A stretch of 64,000 bases of DNA from an uncultured Prevotellaceae bacterium (GCA_902776935.1 CACYRS010000008.1:19253-83252), one strand, 5' to 3'. Shown: positions 1-9,265, counted from the first letter of the stretch. The notes: generated by a model from the sequence alone, not told the origin. Made by a program: numbers and translations.

Positions 1-263
1 ACCGAATCTGGAGTGAAGGTAATCTTACTATGACCTCCAATCAACACACGTTCTCCGGTATTGACATTGATACTCTCCCGGTCATCAACACTGATAATCT
101 TGAAGGTTCCGAAACCCTTTACCTTCACAGCCTTATCCGTTTCCAAGCCCTTCTGTATGATATCAAACATATCATTCACAAAGGATGCAGCCTGTTTCTT
201 TGATAGTCCTTTGCTATCAATCAGTTTGGTTGCAAGTTCATTAACAGACACCTTTCCCATCAT
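1..263 (-). CDS. HU/IHF-family DNA-binding protein, partial (runs off window start)
   Basis: Not in the ORF track. Read by hand from ATG at 263, overlapping the upstream stop (TGATG): MMGKVSVNELATKLIDSKGLSKKQAASFVNDMFDIIQKGLETDKAVKVKGFGTFKII..., with the HU motif GFGTF. Confidence 0.85.
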   Translation of the reverse strand, partial: MMGKVSVNELATKLIDSKGLSKKQAASFVNDMFDIIQKGLETDKAVKVKGFGTFKIISVDDRESINVNTGERVLIGGHSKITFTPDS

Positions 264-547
264 TCAGCTCCTCCATTCTTTATTCGTTCCTTCCAATTGG
301 TATTGGGCTTGAAGTTAAGCACGAGTTTGGGTGGAACAAGCATACGCTGTCCTGTAGAAGGGTTAACCATGACACGTTCCATCTTTTTCTTCACCTCGAA
401 AGTACCGAAGGTAGGTATAAGGACTGCATCGTCTTCCTGAAAATAGTCAGCCATCGCCTCAATAACGATGTCAACCATCCGTTGGGTATCCTCTGCGGAA
501 TAGCCCGACTTTTCGGCTAGTATTGTTATGAAGTCTTTGTTATTCAC
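260..547 (-). CDS. HU/IHF-family DNA-binding protein
   Basis: 95 aa; FGTFEVKKK...VNPSTG...LNFKP HU fold motifs; rimO-HU-HU order typical of Bacteroidales. Confidence 0.9.
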   Translation of the reverse strand: MNNKDFITILAEKSGYSAEDTQRMVDIVIEAMADYFQEDDAVLIPTFGTFEVKKKMERVMVNPSTGQRMLVPPKLVLNFKPNTNWKERIKNGGAE

Positions 548-577
548 AATAAATATTTTTTATTTTATATTTCTCAT

Positions 578-1873
578 TTATTCAATCACTGTTGCGTATA
601 AGTCAAACTCTTCCGAGTCTGTTATTCTAACGTCGTAGAACTCCCCAATGGCCAGAGGCGTATCTTCTGCTTGAATAAGTACCTCCGGATCGACCTCAGG
701 AGAACAATACTCGGTGCGCCCTATGAAATAGTCGCCTTCCCGTCGGTCGATGATAACTCTCTGAACAGTACCAATCTTATCTGCCTCCAGCTCCGCACTG
801 ATGTTCTGCTGGACTCTCATCAGTTTGTCAAGACGTCTCTGCTTTACATCCTCAGGGATATCATCCTCATAGTTCTTTTCCGAATACGTCCCTTCCTCTT
901 CAGAATAAGAGAAGGCTCCCATACGTTCAAAACGAGCCCACTTCGTGAATTCGATGAGTTCGTTGAAGTCATCTTCTGTCTCCCCCGGGAATCCAACCAT
1001 CAGGGTTGTACGGATATGTATGCCAGGAACCTCCTTACGCAGTCGTTCAACAAGTTCGTAGGTCTCTTGTCTTGTGACGTTACGTCTCATTCTGCTTAGC
1101 ATATTGTCAGAGATATGCTGCAGGGCGATATCGAGGTATTTGCATACGTTTTTCTTCTCACGCATCACTCTCATGAGATCCCAGAGGAAATGCGTAGGAT
1201 ATGCATAATGCAGTCTAATCCACTCGACACCTTCTATATCAGCCATCTTCTCGATGAGTTCTGCGATATGTTGTCTGCCATCGATGTCAACTCCATAATA
1301 TGTGAGTTCCTGGGCGATGACATTAAACTCCTTTGTGCCCTGACTTACAAGATATCTCACCTCATCGAGAATGTCCTCCATAGGCCTACTCTGATGTCTG
1401 CCTGTTATCAGAGGGATGGCACAGTAGGCACAATGGCGATCACAGCCTTCGCTTATCTTGATATAGGCGTAATGCTTTGGAGTAGTGATATGACGCTTGC
1501 CCTCGCAAACGTTGAAATCCTCACCATTCAAGTCCCTAAGCAGCTGCTTATAGTTAAACTTACCATACCAACCATCCACTTCAGGAATCTCCTCCTCAAG
1601 TTCTGCGAGGTATCTCTCTGAGAGACAACCCATGACAAAGAGTTTTTTAATCTTCCCCTCTGTCTTTGCCTGAGCAAACTCCAGGATGGTGTTGATGCTC
1701 TCCTCCTTGGCATCATTTATGAAGCCACAGGTATTGACAACAACAATCTCTCCCTGAGGATTATCGCTATCGTGAGTACACTGATAGCCGTTAGCATCCA
1801 TCAGTCCCATGAGAGTCTCGCTGTCAACGAGGTTCTTCGAACATCCAAGTGAAATAAAATCTATTGTTTTCAC
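578..1873 (-). CDS. rimO: ribosomal protein S12 methylthiotransferase RimO
   Basis: LGCSKNLVDSE and NTCGFI motifs, radical SAM CDRHCAYC, C-terminal TRAM domain. Confidence 0.96.
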   Translation of the reverse strand: MKTIDFISLGCSKNLVDSETLMGLMDANGYQCTHDSDNPQGEIVVVNTCGFINDAKEESINTILEFAQAKTEGKIKKLFVMGCLSERYLAELEEEIPEVDGWYGKFNYKQLLRDLNGEDFNVCEGKRHITTPKHYAYIKISEGCDRHCAYCAIPLITGRHQSRPMEDILDEVRYLVSQGTKEFNVIAQELTYYGVDIDGRQHIAELIEKMADIEGVEWIRLHYAYPTHFLWDLMRVMREKKNVCKYLDIALQHISDNMLSRMRRNVTRQETYELVERLRKEVPGIHIRTTLMVGFPGETEDDFNELIEFTKWARFERMGAFSYSEEEGTYSEKNYEDDIPEDVKQRRLDKLMRVQQNISAELEADKIGTVQRVIIDRREGDYFIGRTEYCSPEVDPEVLIQAEDTPLAIGEFYDVRITDSEEFDLYATVIE

Positions 1874-1892
1874 AATATTGTATTCCTAATCC

Positions 1893-1976
1893 TTACTTCA
1901 AAAAGAACAAACATGCAGCAAAAGCACCACACGCCCGTCCAATTACCAGACCTTCTATAAAAATCTTCTTTTTCAT
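1893..1976 (-). other. possible 27 aa small ORF or lipoprotein signal-peptide remnant
   Basis: ATG overlaps the ftsY stop (TAATG); MKKKIFIEGLVIGRACGAFAACLFFLK*. Confidence 0.3.
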
Positions 1977-2932
1977 TATTCTTTGTTAAAAAGTGAATCG
2001 ACAAACTGTCTCTTGTTAAACAGCTGCAGGTCTTCCATGCGCTCGCCCAAGCCGATATACTTTACAGGCACCTTCAACTGGTCTGAGATGCCAATCACCA
2101 CACCACCCTTTGCGGTTCCATCGAGTTTTGTGATAGCCAGTGATGTTATCTGCGTGACAGCAGAGAACTGTTTTGCCTGTTCGAAAGCGTTCTGCCCAGT
2201 TGAGCCATCAAGCACGAGCATCACCTCATCAGGAGCCTCAGGCATAACCTTCTTCATGACATCCTTGATCTTCTTGAGTTCATTCATAAGACCAACCTTA
2301 TTATGCAGACGTCCAGCGGTATCAATAAGCACCACGTCAGCACCATTGGCCTTTGCACTCTGGAGGGTGTCGAAAGCCACAGATGCAGGGTCTGAGCCCA
2401 TCTGCTGTTTGATGACAGGCACACCTACTCTCTCGCCCCAGATACATAGCTGGTCTACTGCTGCTGCACGGAATGTGTCGGCAGCTCCCAGATAAACCTT
2501 CTTTCCCGCCTGTTTAAACTGCCAGGCGAGTTTTCCGATAGTCGTGGTCTTACCCACACCATTTACGCCAACAACCAAGATGACGTAGGGCTTATGGTCG
2601 CTGGGGAGATTCCAATTGTCATTATCCTCCGTATTATTCTCTGCCAGGAGGTTGGCAATCTCATCCTTAAGTATTCCGTTGAGCTCAGAGGTGGACACAT
2701 ACTTATCGCGAGCCACACGCTCTTCGATTCGCTCGATGATCTTCAGAGTGGTGTCCACACCGACATCACTAGTAATCAAAACCTCTTCAAGATTATCGAG
2801 GACATCGTCATCAACCTTCGATTTTCCGGCTACAGCACGAGCTAGTTTATCAAATACGCTACTCTTTGTCTTCTCAAGACCTTTATCGAGTGTTTCTTTC
2901 TTGTCTTTATTGAAAAATCCAAAAATTCCCAT
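1976..2932 (-). CDS. ftsY: signal recognition particle receptor FtsY
   Basis: GVNGVGKTTT, DTFRAAA, DTAGR, TKLDGTAKGG motifs. Confidence 0.98.
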   Translation of the reverse strand: MGIFGFFNKDKKETLDKGLEKTKSSVFDKLARAVAGKSKVDDDVLDNLEEVLITSDVGVDTTLKIIERIEERVARDKYVSTSELNGILKDEIANLLAENNTEDNDNWNLPSDHKPYVILVVGVNGVGKTTTIGKLAWQFKQAGKKVYLGAADTFRAAAVDQLCIWGERVGVPVIKQQMGSDPASVAFDTLQSAKANGADVVLIDTAGRLHNKVGLMNELKKIKDVMKKVMPEAPDEVMLVLDGSTGQNAFEQAKQFSAVTQITSLAITKLDGTAKGGVVIGISDQLKVPVKYIGLGERMEDLQLFNKRQFVDSLFNKE

Positions 2933-2951
2933 AATATACCTATTATGGGTG

Positions 2952-2959
2952 CAAAATTA
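2952..2959 (-). promoter_or_regulatory. Bacteroidetes -7 promoter box for ftsY
   Basis: TAATTTTG followed by CAC on the minus strand, about 20 nt upstream of the ATG. Confidence 0.6.
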
Positions 2960-2980
2960 ATAATTTCCGATGAAATGGCA

Positions 2981-3020
2981 AAAAAAAGAGGTTGCAAAAC
3001 GTGTTGCAACCTCTCTTTTT
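2981..3020 (-). terminator. intrinsic terminator of the rpmB-rpmG-DUF4295 operon
   Basis: AGAGGTTGCA...TGCAACCTCT stem flanked by A and T runs. Confidence 0.75.
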
Positions 3021-3034
3021 ATCCTTTTTTAAAA

Positions 3035-3193
3035 TTAATTCTTGAAAAAGTCCTTAACAGCCTCGTTAGGAACCATCTGCTCGTCGAAGATGTATGCACC
3101 AGTCTTTGGGCTCTTAACCATCTTGATTACCTTTGTGTAAGCGCGACCATCCTTTGAACCTTCATGGAGGGTAGCAACGGTTTTCTTTGCCAT
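3035..3193 (-). CDS. DUF4295-family small protein, 52 aa
   Basis: Not in the ORF track. [52 protein letters not shown]; conserved Bacteroidetes position between rpmG and ftsY. Confidence 0.88.
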   Translation of the reverse strand: MAKKTVATLHEGSKDGRAYTKVIKMVKSPKTGAYIFDEQMVPNEAVKDFFKN

Positions 3194-3353
3194 ACAGGAT
3201 TGGGTTATACTTCATCAACTCCAGACGCTCAGCCGTGTTCTTACGATTCTTTGTAGTGATATAACGGCTTGTTCCGGGAAGACCACTATTCTTCATCTCT
3301 GTGCACTCCAGGATCACCTGAACGCGATTACCTTTTGCTTTCTTGCCTGCCAT
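3162..3353 (-). CDS. rpmG: 50S ribosomal protein L33 with aberrant C-terminus (apparent 3' deletion)
   Basis: [13 protein letters not shown]...[21 protein letters not shown] is L33. After YNPIL the frame reads out of frame into the DUF4295 gene. Confidence 0.9.
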   Translation of the reverse strand: MAGKKAKGNRVQVILECTEMKNSGLPGTSRYITTKNRKNTAERLELMKYNPILYGKENRCYPP

Positions 3354-3358
3354 AGTGC

Positions 3359-3622
3359 TTAGTCTCCTATAACTTTAATGTCCTTCCAGTCTACATATCC
3401 CTTAGCAACAGCCTGCTTCAATGCAGCGTCAAGACCCACCTTGTTAATCATACGAAGGCCAGCAGCGCTGATCTTCAACTGAATCCAGCAACCCTCCTCT
3501 ACATAGTAGAACTTCTTGCTGAACAGGTTGACATCAAAGCTTCTCTTTGTGTGGTGCTTTGAGTGAGACACATTACAACCTATCTGTGCCTTCTTTCCTG
3601 TAATTTGACAAACTTTAGACAT
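3359..3622 (-). CDS. rpmB: 50S ribosomal protein L28
   Basis: [28 protein letters not shown] motif. Confidence 0.97.
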   Translation of the reverse strand: MSKVCQITGKKAQIGCNVSHSKHHTKRSFDVNLFSKKFYYVEEGCWIQLKISAAGLRMINKVGLDAALKQAVAKGYVDWKDIKVIGD

Positions 3623-3673
3623 TTCTATCTACTTTTTACTTGTTCTTTTTAACTACTTATTCCAAACAGGGTG

Positions 3674-3681
3674 CAAAGGTA
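3674..3681 (-). promoter_or_regulatory. -7 promoter box for the rpmB operon
   Basis: TACCTTTG followed by CAC on the minus strand. Confidence 0.65.
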
Positions 3682-3741
3682 CATATTTTAATTGAGAAAT
3701 GACAGGTGTGAAATAAGATTTGAATGGTAATTTATGATTTT

Positions 3742-4257
3742 TTAACCTTCGAGCTCCTTTTTCTCAAAATTTTCGCCTTTGAGGTGGTCTAAAAACAGTT
3801 GCATAGCGGTATTTGTAGCAATGGCGAGATTAATGTCTCTTCCATGATCTTCTTGTACCCTGACAGTTGAGATTCTCTCTGCATTTCCACAGGCAAGCCA
3901 GATGGTTCCCACAGGAATTTCTTTGGTACCTCCGGTAGGACCTGCGATACCTGTTGCGGAAATAGCATAGTCAGTGTTCAGGGCCTTGCATGCTCCTATC
4001 ACCATCTGTTTCGCAACTTCCTCACATACAGCTGTCTGCTCTTCAAGCACCTGATGGTCAACACCAAGAATTGACTCCTTTATCTCATTGACATAAGAGA
4101 TAATGCCACCCTTGAAATACTTAGATGCACCAGGCACAGCGATAATCGCCTCTGCTATTCTGCCACCAGTACAACTCTCAGCAGTACCGACTGTCTTTTC
4201 CATTTCCCATAGCAGTTCACTAACCTCCCTGCTTATAATCTTTGCTTCAAAATCCAT
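3742..4257 (-). CDS. CinA/PncC-family protein (NMN deamidase domain)
   Basis: TAESCTGG, PGAS.YF.GG, TGIAGPTGG..PVGT motifs. Confidence 0.9.
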   Translation of the reverse strand: MDFEAKIISREVSELLWEMEKTVGTAESCTGGRIAEAIIAVPGASKYFKGGIISYVNEIKESILGVDHQVLEEQTAVCEEVAKQMVIGACKALNTDYAISATGIAGPTGGTKEIPVGTIWLACGNAERISTVRVQEDHGRDINLAIATNTAMQLFLDHLKGENFEKKELEG

Positions 4258-4287
4258 CTTTTTATTTACGATTTACAGATTTACTAT

Positions 4288-5316
4288 TTATTTGAAAGTT
4301 ACCTTCGAGAATGCTGGGGCATCAATACCACAAAACTCCCCATCCAGATATTTATAATACCCCACGATACCTATCATCGCAGCATTGTCTGTGGTATAGC
4401 TGAACTTTGGAATATATATAGTCCAGCCATAACGTTTCTGAGCATCGTAGAAGGCATTACGGAGTCCATTGTTTGCACTCACACCTCCTGCAACAGCCAC
4501 ATGTTTGATACCAGTCTGTTTTACTGCCTTCTTCAGTTTCTTCATAAGGATATCCACAATAGTCCACTCCAGTGAAGCAGCGATATCCTCCTTGTTTTTC
4601 TCGATGAAATCGGAATCTTCTGCCACCCATTTCTGAAGAGAATACAGGAAAGAGGTCTTCAGTCCTGAGAAGCTATAGTCGAGGTCTGGTATATTAGGTT
4701 CTGAGAATTGAAAAGCCTTAGGATTACCCTGACGAGCCAGACGGTCGATGATAGGACCACCGGGATATCCCAGTCCCATCACCTTCGAGCACTTGTCGAT
4801 AGCCTCACCGGCAGCATCGTCGATAGTCTGACCTAAGACCTCCATATCATTATATGCATTCACCTTCACAATCTGTGAATTTCCACCACTAACCAACAGA
4901 CAGAGGAAAGGGAGAGGAGGCTGATGAACATCATCATCACTCTCCTTGATAAAATGCGCCATCACATGTCCCTGAAGATGGTTCACATCTATCATAGGGA
5001 TACCTAGACTACGGGCAAAACCCTTAGCAAAACTGACTCCTACTAGCAGAGAACCCATAAGCCCTGGCCCTCTGGTGAAAGCAATCGCTGTCAACTGCTC
5101 CTTGGTGATACCAGCCTTCTTAATGGCCTGATCCACTACAGGAACGACATTCTGCTGATGTGCTCTTGATGCCAGTTCGGGAACCACACCCCCATAAGCC
5201 TCATGAACAGCCTGCGATGCAGTGACATTACTGAGTAGTATACCATTCTTAAGAACTGCAGCTGACGTATCGTCACAGCTTGACTCTATACCTAATATAT
5301 ATATATCCTTATCCAC
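4288..5316 (-). CDS. tsaD: tRNA N6-threonylcarbamoyltransferase TsaD
   Basis: ILGIESSCDDT, GGVVPELASRAH, NHLQGH, TDNAAMI. Confidence 0.97.
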   Translation of the reverse strand: MDKDIYILGIESSCDDTSAAVLKNGILLSNVTASQAVHEAYGGVVPELASRAHQQNVVPVVDQAIKKAGITKEQLTAIAFTRGPGLMGSLLVGVSFAKGFARSLGIPMIDVNHLQGHVMAHFIKESDDDVHQPPLPFLCLLVSGGNSQIVKVNAYNDMEVLGQTIDDAAGEAIDKCSKVMGLGYPGGPIIDRLARQGNPKAFQFSEPNIPDLDYSFSGLKTSFLYSLQKWVAEDSDFIEKNKEDIAASLEWTIVDILMKKLKKAVKQTGIKHVAVAGGVSANNGLRNAFYDAQKRYGWTIYIPKFSYTTDNAAMIGIVGYYKYLDGEFCGIDAPAFSKVTFK

Positions 5317-5329
5317 TATTCTCTATTCA

Positions 5330-6196
5330 CTAATATGTAAGTATCTCCACACCATGCTCTGTCATCAGCAGAGTATGCTCCCACTGGGCACTTGGAAGCT
5401 CATCATCGGTGATTACCTCCCATCCATATGGATCATCTTCATCAACAAACACCCGCCAGGTACCCAAGTTAATCATCGGTTCGATGGTGAACACCATACC
5501 CGGAACAAGAAGCATTCCTGTACCTCGATGTCCGAAATGGGCTATATCCGGTTCCTCATGGAACTGAAGCCCTACCCCATGACCACAGAGGTCACGAACC
5601 ACTCCATAGTTGTATTTCTTACAGTGTTTCTCTATCGCATGACCGATGTCACCAACGAAAGAGTAAGGCTTCGCCACTTCCATACCTATCTCAAGGCATT
5701 CCTTTGCCACGCGTACCAGCTGTTCCTTCTCTGGCGTTGTCTTGCCGATGATGAACATTCTGCTGGCATCAGCATAATAGCCGTCAAGGATAGTCGTGAA
5801 GTCTACGTTGATGATATCACCTTCCTGGAGCACATCCTCTTCCTTAGGAATACCGTGACACACCACCTCATTGATTGAAGTGCATACGCTCATCGGGAAT
5901 CCCTCGTAGTTGAGACATGCCGGAATGGCATCATGCTCTTCGCAGTACGTACGACAAATCTGGTCTATCTCCAGCGTCGACATTCCTGCATGTATCTTCT
6001 TCGCCACCTCATCGAGCACTCCAGTGTTGATGACACCTGCCTTACGGATACCTTCTATCTGTTCCGGGGTCTTTATCAGTTCACGCGTAGGCACTTCCTT
6101 ACCTTTGTTCTCCCAGTACATGATGGTCTTGTCCATCTCTGTAGGTTCCTGTCCCGGCAGACAGTGCCAACGTCTTTTCATGTTCCTTACTGTCAT
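5330..6196 (-). CDS. map: type I methionine aminopeptidase
   Basis: SINEVVCHGIP, CGHGVG..FHEEP, FTIEPMIN, SAQWEHT. Confidence 0.96.
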   Translation of the reverse strand: MTVRNMKRRWHCLPGQEPTEMDKTIMYWENKGKEVPTRELIKTPEQIEGIRKAGVINTGVLDEVAKKIHAGMSTLEIDQICRTYCEEHDAIPACLNYEGFPMSVCTSINEVVCHGIPKEEDVLQEGDIINVDFTTILDGYYADASRMFIIGKTTPEKEQLVRVAKECLEIGMEVAKPYSFVGDIGHAIEKHCKKYNYGVVRDLCGHGVGLQFHEEPDIAHFGHRGTGMLLVPGMVFTIEPMINLGTWRVFVDEDDPYGWEVITDDELPSAQWEHTLLMTEHGVEILTY

Positions 6197-6264
6197 CCTT
6201 ATACCTTATTATATATTATAAGCGGGTGCAAAATTACTCACTTTTAATGAAACAACCAAATATT

Positions 6265-6280
6265 TGGCACGGTATTTGCA
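6265..6280 (+). promoter_or_regulatory. sigma-54 type -24/-12 promoter upstream of htpG
   Basis: TGGCACG-GTAT-TTGCA matches the TGGCACG-N4-TTGC(A/T) consensus exactly, 33 nt before the ATG. Confidence 0.7.
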
Positions 6281-6313
6281 AGATGAATGTCAAACGTTTA
6301 AAAATGACATATT

Positions 6314-8368
6314 ATGCAAAAAGGTAACATTGGTGTAACGACTGAGAATATTTTCCCGGTCATCAAAAAGTTTCTTTATAGTGATCACGAGATCTTCCTC
6401 CGTGAGATGGTTTCAAATGCAGTAGACGCTACGCAGAAGTTGAAGACCCTTCAGGAGAAGGGCGATTTCAAGGGAGAGCTAGGTGATCTTACAGTCCGTG
6501 TGAACTTCGATGCCGACAAGGGTACTATTACCATCAGCGATCATGGTATCGGAATGACAGAGGAGGAGATCGACAAGTATATCAATCAGATAGCCTTCTC
6601 TGGAGTAACCGACTTCCTTGAGAAATACAAGGATAATGCCAATAATATCATCGGTCACTTCGGACTGGGATTCTACTCAAGCTTCATGGTATCTAAGAAG
6701 GTGGAGATCATCACAAAATCCTGGAAGGATGGTTCTAAGGCTGTGAAGTGGAGTTGTGACGGTAGTCCTGCCTACGAGATCGACGATGCAGAGCGTGAGG
6801 ATCGTGGCTCCGACATTATCCTTTATATCGACGATGATTGCAAGGAGTTCCTCGATAAGTACAAGCTTGAGGGACTGCTTAACAAGTACTGTAAGTTTAT
6901 GGCTGTGCCAGTAGCCTTCGGCAAGAAGACCGAATGGAAAGACGGCAAACAGGTAGATACCGATGAGGATAACATCATCAATAATGTAGAACCTCTGTGG
7001 ACCAAGACCCCAAGCACACTAAAAGACGAGGACTACAAGAGTTTCTATCGCACCCTCTATCCTATGAGCGATGAGCCTCTGTTCTGGATTCACCTGAACG
7101 TTGACTACCCATTCAACCTCACTGGTATCCTTTATTTCCCGAAGATCAAGTCAAACATCGAACTACAGCGTAATAAGATACAGCTCTATTGTAATCAGGT
7201 GTTTGTAACTGATCAGGTGGAAGGTATCGTTCCTGAGTTCCTTACCTTGCTGCATGGAGTCATCGACTCTCCAGACATTCCTCTGAACGTAAGCCGCAGC
7301 TATCTGCAGAGCGACCGTGAGGTAAAGAAGATCTCTACCTATATCACAAAGAAGGTAGCAGACCGTCTGAAGGCTATCTTCGCAGAGAACCGTAAGGAAT
7401 ATGAGGAGAAGTGGGACGACCTGAAGCTCTTCATCAACTACGGAATCCTCTCTGAGGAGAACTTCTACGATCGTGCCAAGGACTTCGCGCTTATGAAAGA
7501 TACTGAGGGTAAGTATTTCACCTTCGATGAATATAAGACACTTATCGAGGCTTCTCAGAAGGACAAGGACGACATGCTCGTTTATCTCTATGCTACCGAT
7601 AAGGAAGAGCAGTACAGCTATATCAAGGCTGCTCAGGACAAGGGTTATTCAGTACTTCTGCTTGATGGTCAGCTCGATGTTCCTACCATCCAGACGCTTG
7701 AACAGAAGTTTGAGAAGAGCCGTTTCACACGTGTAGACTCTGACATCATCGACCGTCTGATTGTCAAGAGCGACGCTCCTAAGTCAGACCTCTCTGAGGA
7801 CGAGAGTGACAATTTGTCAGCAGTGTTCCGTACTCAGTTGCCAAAGATCGACAAAGCAGAATTTATAGTTCAGGTTGATGCTCTCGGTGCAGAGTCCCGT
7901 CCTGTCATCATCACACAGAATGAGTATATGCGTCGTATGAAGGACATGAGTAAGTTCCAGGCAGGTATGGGATTCTATGGTCAGATGCCTGACAGTTTCA
8001 ACCTCGTGCTCAACTCTGACCATCCACTTGTCAAGAAGGTGCTCGATGAGAGTAAGTCTGCCACTGAGGAGGCTCTGAAGCCTATAGTGTCTGAACTTAA
8101 GGGTCAGGAGGCTCGTCTGGCAGCCATCTGTCAGGCTCAGGACAAGAAGAAATATGATGAACTGACTCAGGAGGACAAAGATCAGAAGGCAGAGGCAGAG
8201 AAGGCTGTCCAGGAACAGAAGGACAAGAAACAGCAGGTTCTTGCCGACTATGCCAAGGGTAACTCTATCGTTCACCAGCTCATCGACCTCGCGCTCCTAC
8301 AGAACGGTATGCTTAAGGGCGAGGCACTCGATAAGTTTCTCAAACGTTCAGTAGACCTGATAAAATAA
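6314..8368 (+). CDS. htpG: molecular chaperone HtpG (Hsp90)
   Basis: LYSDHEIFLREMVSNAVDA, IGHFGLGFYS, DIPLNVSRSYLQ. Confidence 0.97.
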   Translation: MQKGNIGVTTENIFPVIKKFLYSDHEIFLREMVSNAVDATQKLKTLQEKGDFKGELGDLTVRVNFDADKGTITISDHGIGMTEEEIDKYINQIAFSGVTDFLEKYKDNANNIIGHFGLGFYSSFMVSKKVEIITKSWKDGSKAVKWSCDGSPAYEIDDAEREDRGSDIILYIDDDCKEFLDKYKLEGLLNKYCKFMAVPVAFGKKTEWKDGKQVDTDEDNIINNVEPLWTKTPSTLKDEDYKSFYRTLYPMSDEPLFWIHLNVDYPFNLTGILYFPKIKSNIELQRNKIQLYCNQVFVTDQVEGIVPEFLTLLHGVIDSPDIPLNVSRSYLQSDREVKKISTYITKKVADRLKAIFAENRKEYEEKWDDLKLFINYGILSEENFYDRAKDFALMKDTEGKYFTFDEYKTLIEASQKDKDDMLVYLYATDKEEQYSYIKAAQDKGYSVLLLDGQLDVPTIQTLEQKFEKSRFTRVDSDIIDRLIVKSDAPKSDLSEDESDNLSAVFRTQLPKIDKAEFIVQVDALGAESRPVIITQNEYMRRMKDMSKFQAGMGFYGQMPDSFNLVLNSDHPLVKKVLDESKSATEEALKPIVSELKGQEARLAAICQAQDKKKYDELTQEDKDQKAEAEKAVQEQKDKKQQVLADYAKGNSIVHQLIDLALLQNGMLKGEALDKFLKRSVDLIK

Positions 8369-8369
8369 G

Positions 8370-8393
8370 AAAAGCTCCCAGCCGGGAGCTTTT
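8370..8393. terminator. bidirectional intrinsic terminator between htpG and the sigma factor gene
   Basis: AAAAGCTCCC-AGCC-GGGAGCTTTT. Confidence 0.85.
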
Positions 8394-9107
8394 TTATTTC
8401 TTTAATTCGTACAGTCTGGTCCTATAAGCCTTACGAAGCTTGCGTACAGCCTTGTCTCGAATCTGACGCACACGTTCTCTCTTGAGATCCATATCCTCAG
8501 CTATCTCAGCCATCGTCTCATGTTCTTGGTCAATGCCGAAATAAGCATTCACTACCCTACTCTCACGTTTATCAAGAGCCCCCAAGGCAAACTCTATGGC
8601 ATCCTCGATAGCCTCAGAGTGGATACGTTCGTCGGCAAAAGGAGCATCCTGATTGATGATAACAGAGAGCAGACTCATATTTGTACGATGTCCCAGGGGA
8701 GCATCGACAGAGAGAGGCATACTCTGCTGACGCGCTGCCATCTCATTCTTAACATCCTTGGGAACAGTATATAGACCTGTCTGCTGGTCTATCGCTTTCT
8801 CGATAAACTGACGGACATAGACCACTGCGTAGTTCACGAAACGAGTACCTTTTGATGCGTCAAACTTCCCTGCGGCTTTCATCAGTCCGAGATTGCCTTC
8901 ACTAATAAGGTCATCCATAGAGAGACCTTTGCCCTTATACTGACTGGCGATAGAAACAACAAAACGGAGGTTGGCCTCCACAAGTTTGTTGAGCGCACGG
9001 GTGTTTCCGGCCTTTATCTGCTCAGAGAGCTTGGCTTCTTCCTCAACAGAGAGCAGTGACTCACGACCTATCTCATCCAAATATCTGTTTAATCCTGAAT
9101 CTTCCAT
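8394..9107 (-). CDS. RpoD/SigA-like sigma-70 paralogue (short, atypical)
   Basis: Region 1.2 YLDEIG, region 2 LVEANLRFVVSIA..Y and DLISEGNLGLMKAA.KFD, region 4 RERVRQIRDKA. Confidence 0.88.
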   Translation of the reverse strand: MEDSGLNRYLDEIGRESLLSVEEEAKLSEQIKAGNTRALNKLVEANLRFVVSIASQYKGKGLSMDDLISEGNLGLMKAAGKFDASKGTRFVNYAVVYVRQFIEKAIDQQTGLYTVPKDVKNEMAARQQSMPLSVDAPLGHRTNMSLLSVIINQDAPFADERIHSEAIEDAIEFALGALDKRESRVVNAYFGIDQEHETMAEIAEDMDLKRERVRQIRDKAVRKLRKAYRTRLYELKK

Positions 9108-9152
9108 AAGACATAATTTTTCTGCAAAGATACGATTTATTTTTGTATTAAC

Positions 9153-9190
9153 AAAAAAAGAGAGGAAATCTTTCGATTTTCTCTCTTCTT
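9153..9190 (-). terminator. terminator after tRNA-Arg
   Basis: AGAGAGGAAATC-TTTC-GATTTTCTCTCT hairpin with a T run on the minus strand. Confidence 0.6.
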
Positions 9191-9191
9191 G

Positions 9192-9265
9192 TGATTCCGG
9201 CGGGATTCAAACCCACAACCTTCTGATCCGTAGTCAGATGCTCTATTCAGTTGAGCTACGGAACC
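9192..9265 (-). tRNA. tRNA-Arg(ACG)
   Basis: GGTTCCG/CGGAATC acceptor stem; anticodon arm TCTGA-CTACGGA-TCAGA; own TACCTTTG promoter near 9300. Confidence 0.95.

Noticed and set aside
1-547. Two tandem HU-like genes
   Set aside because: rimO-HU-HU is a conserved Bacteroidales arrangement.
9192-9265. tRNA-Arg T-loop reads TTTGAAT instead of TTCGAAT
   Set aside because: The rest of the cloverleaf, promoter and terminator are intact; treated as a tolerated variant, not a pseudogene.
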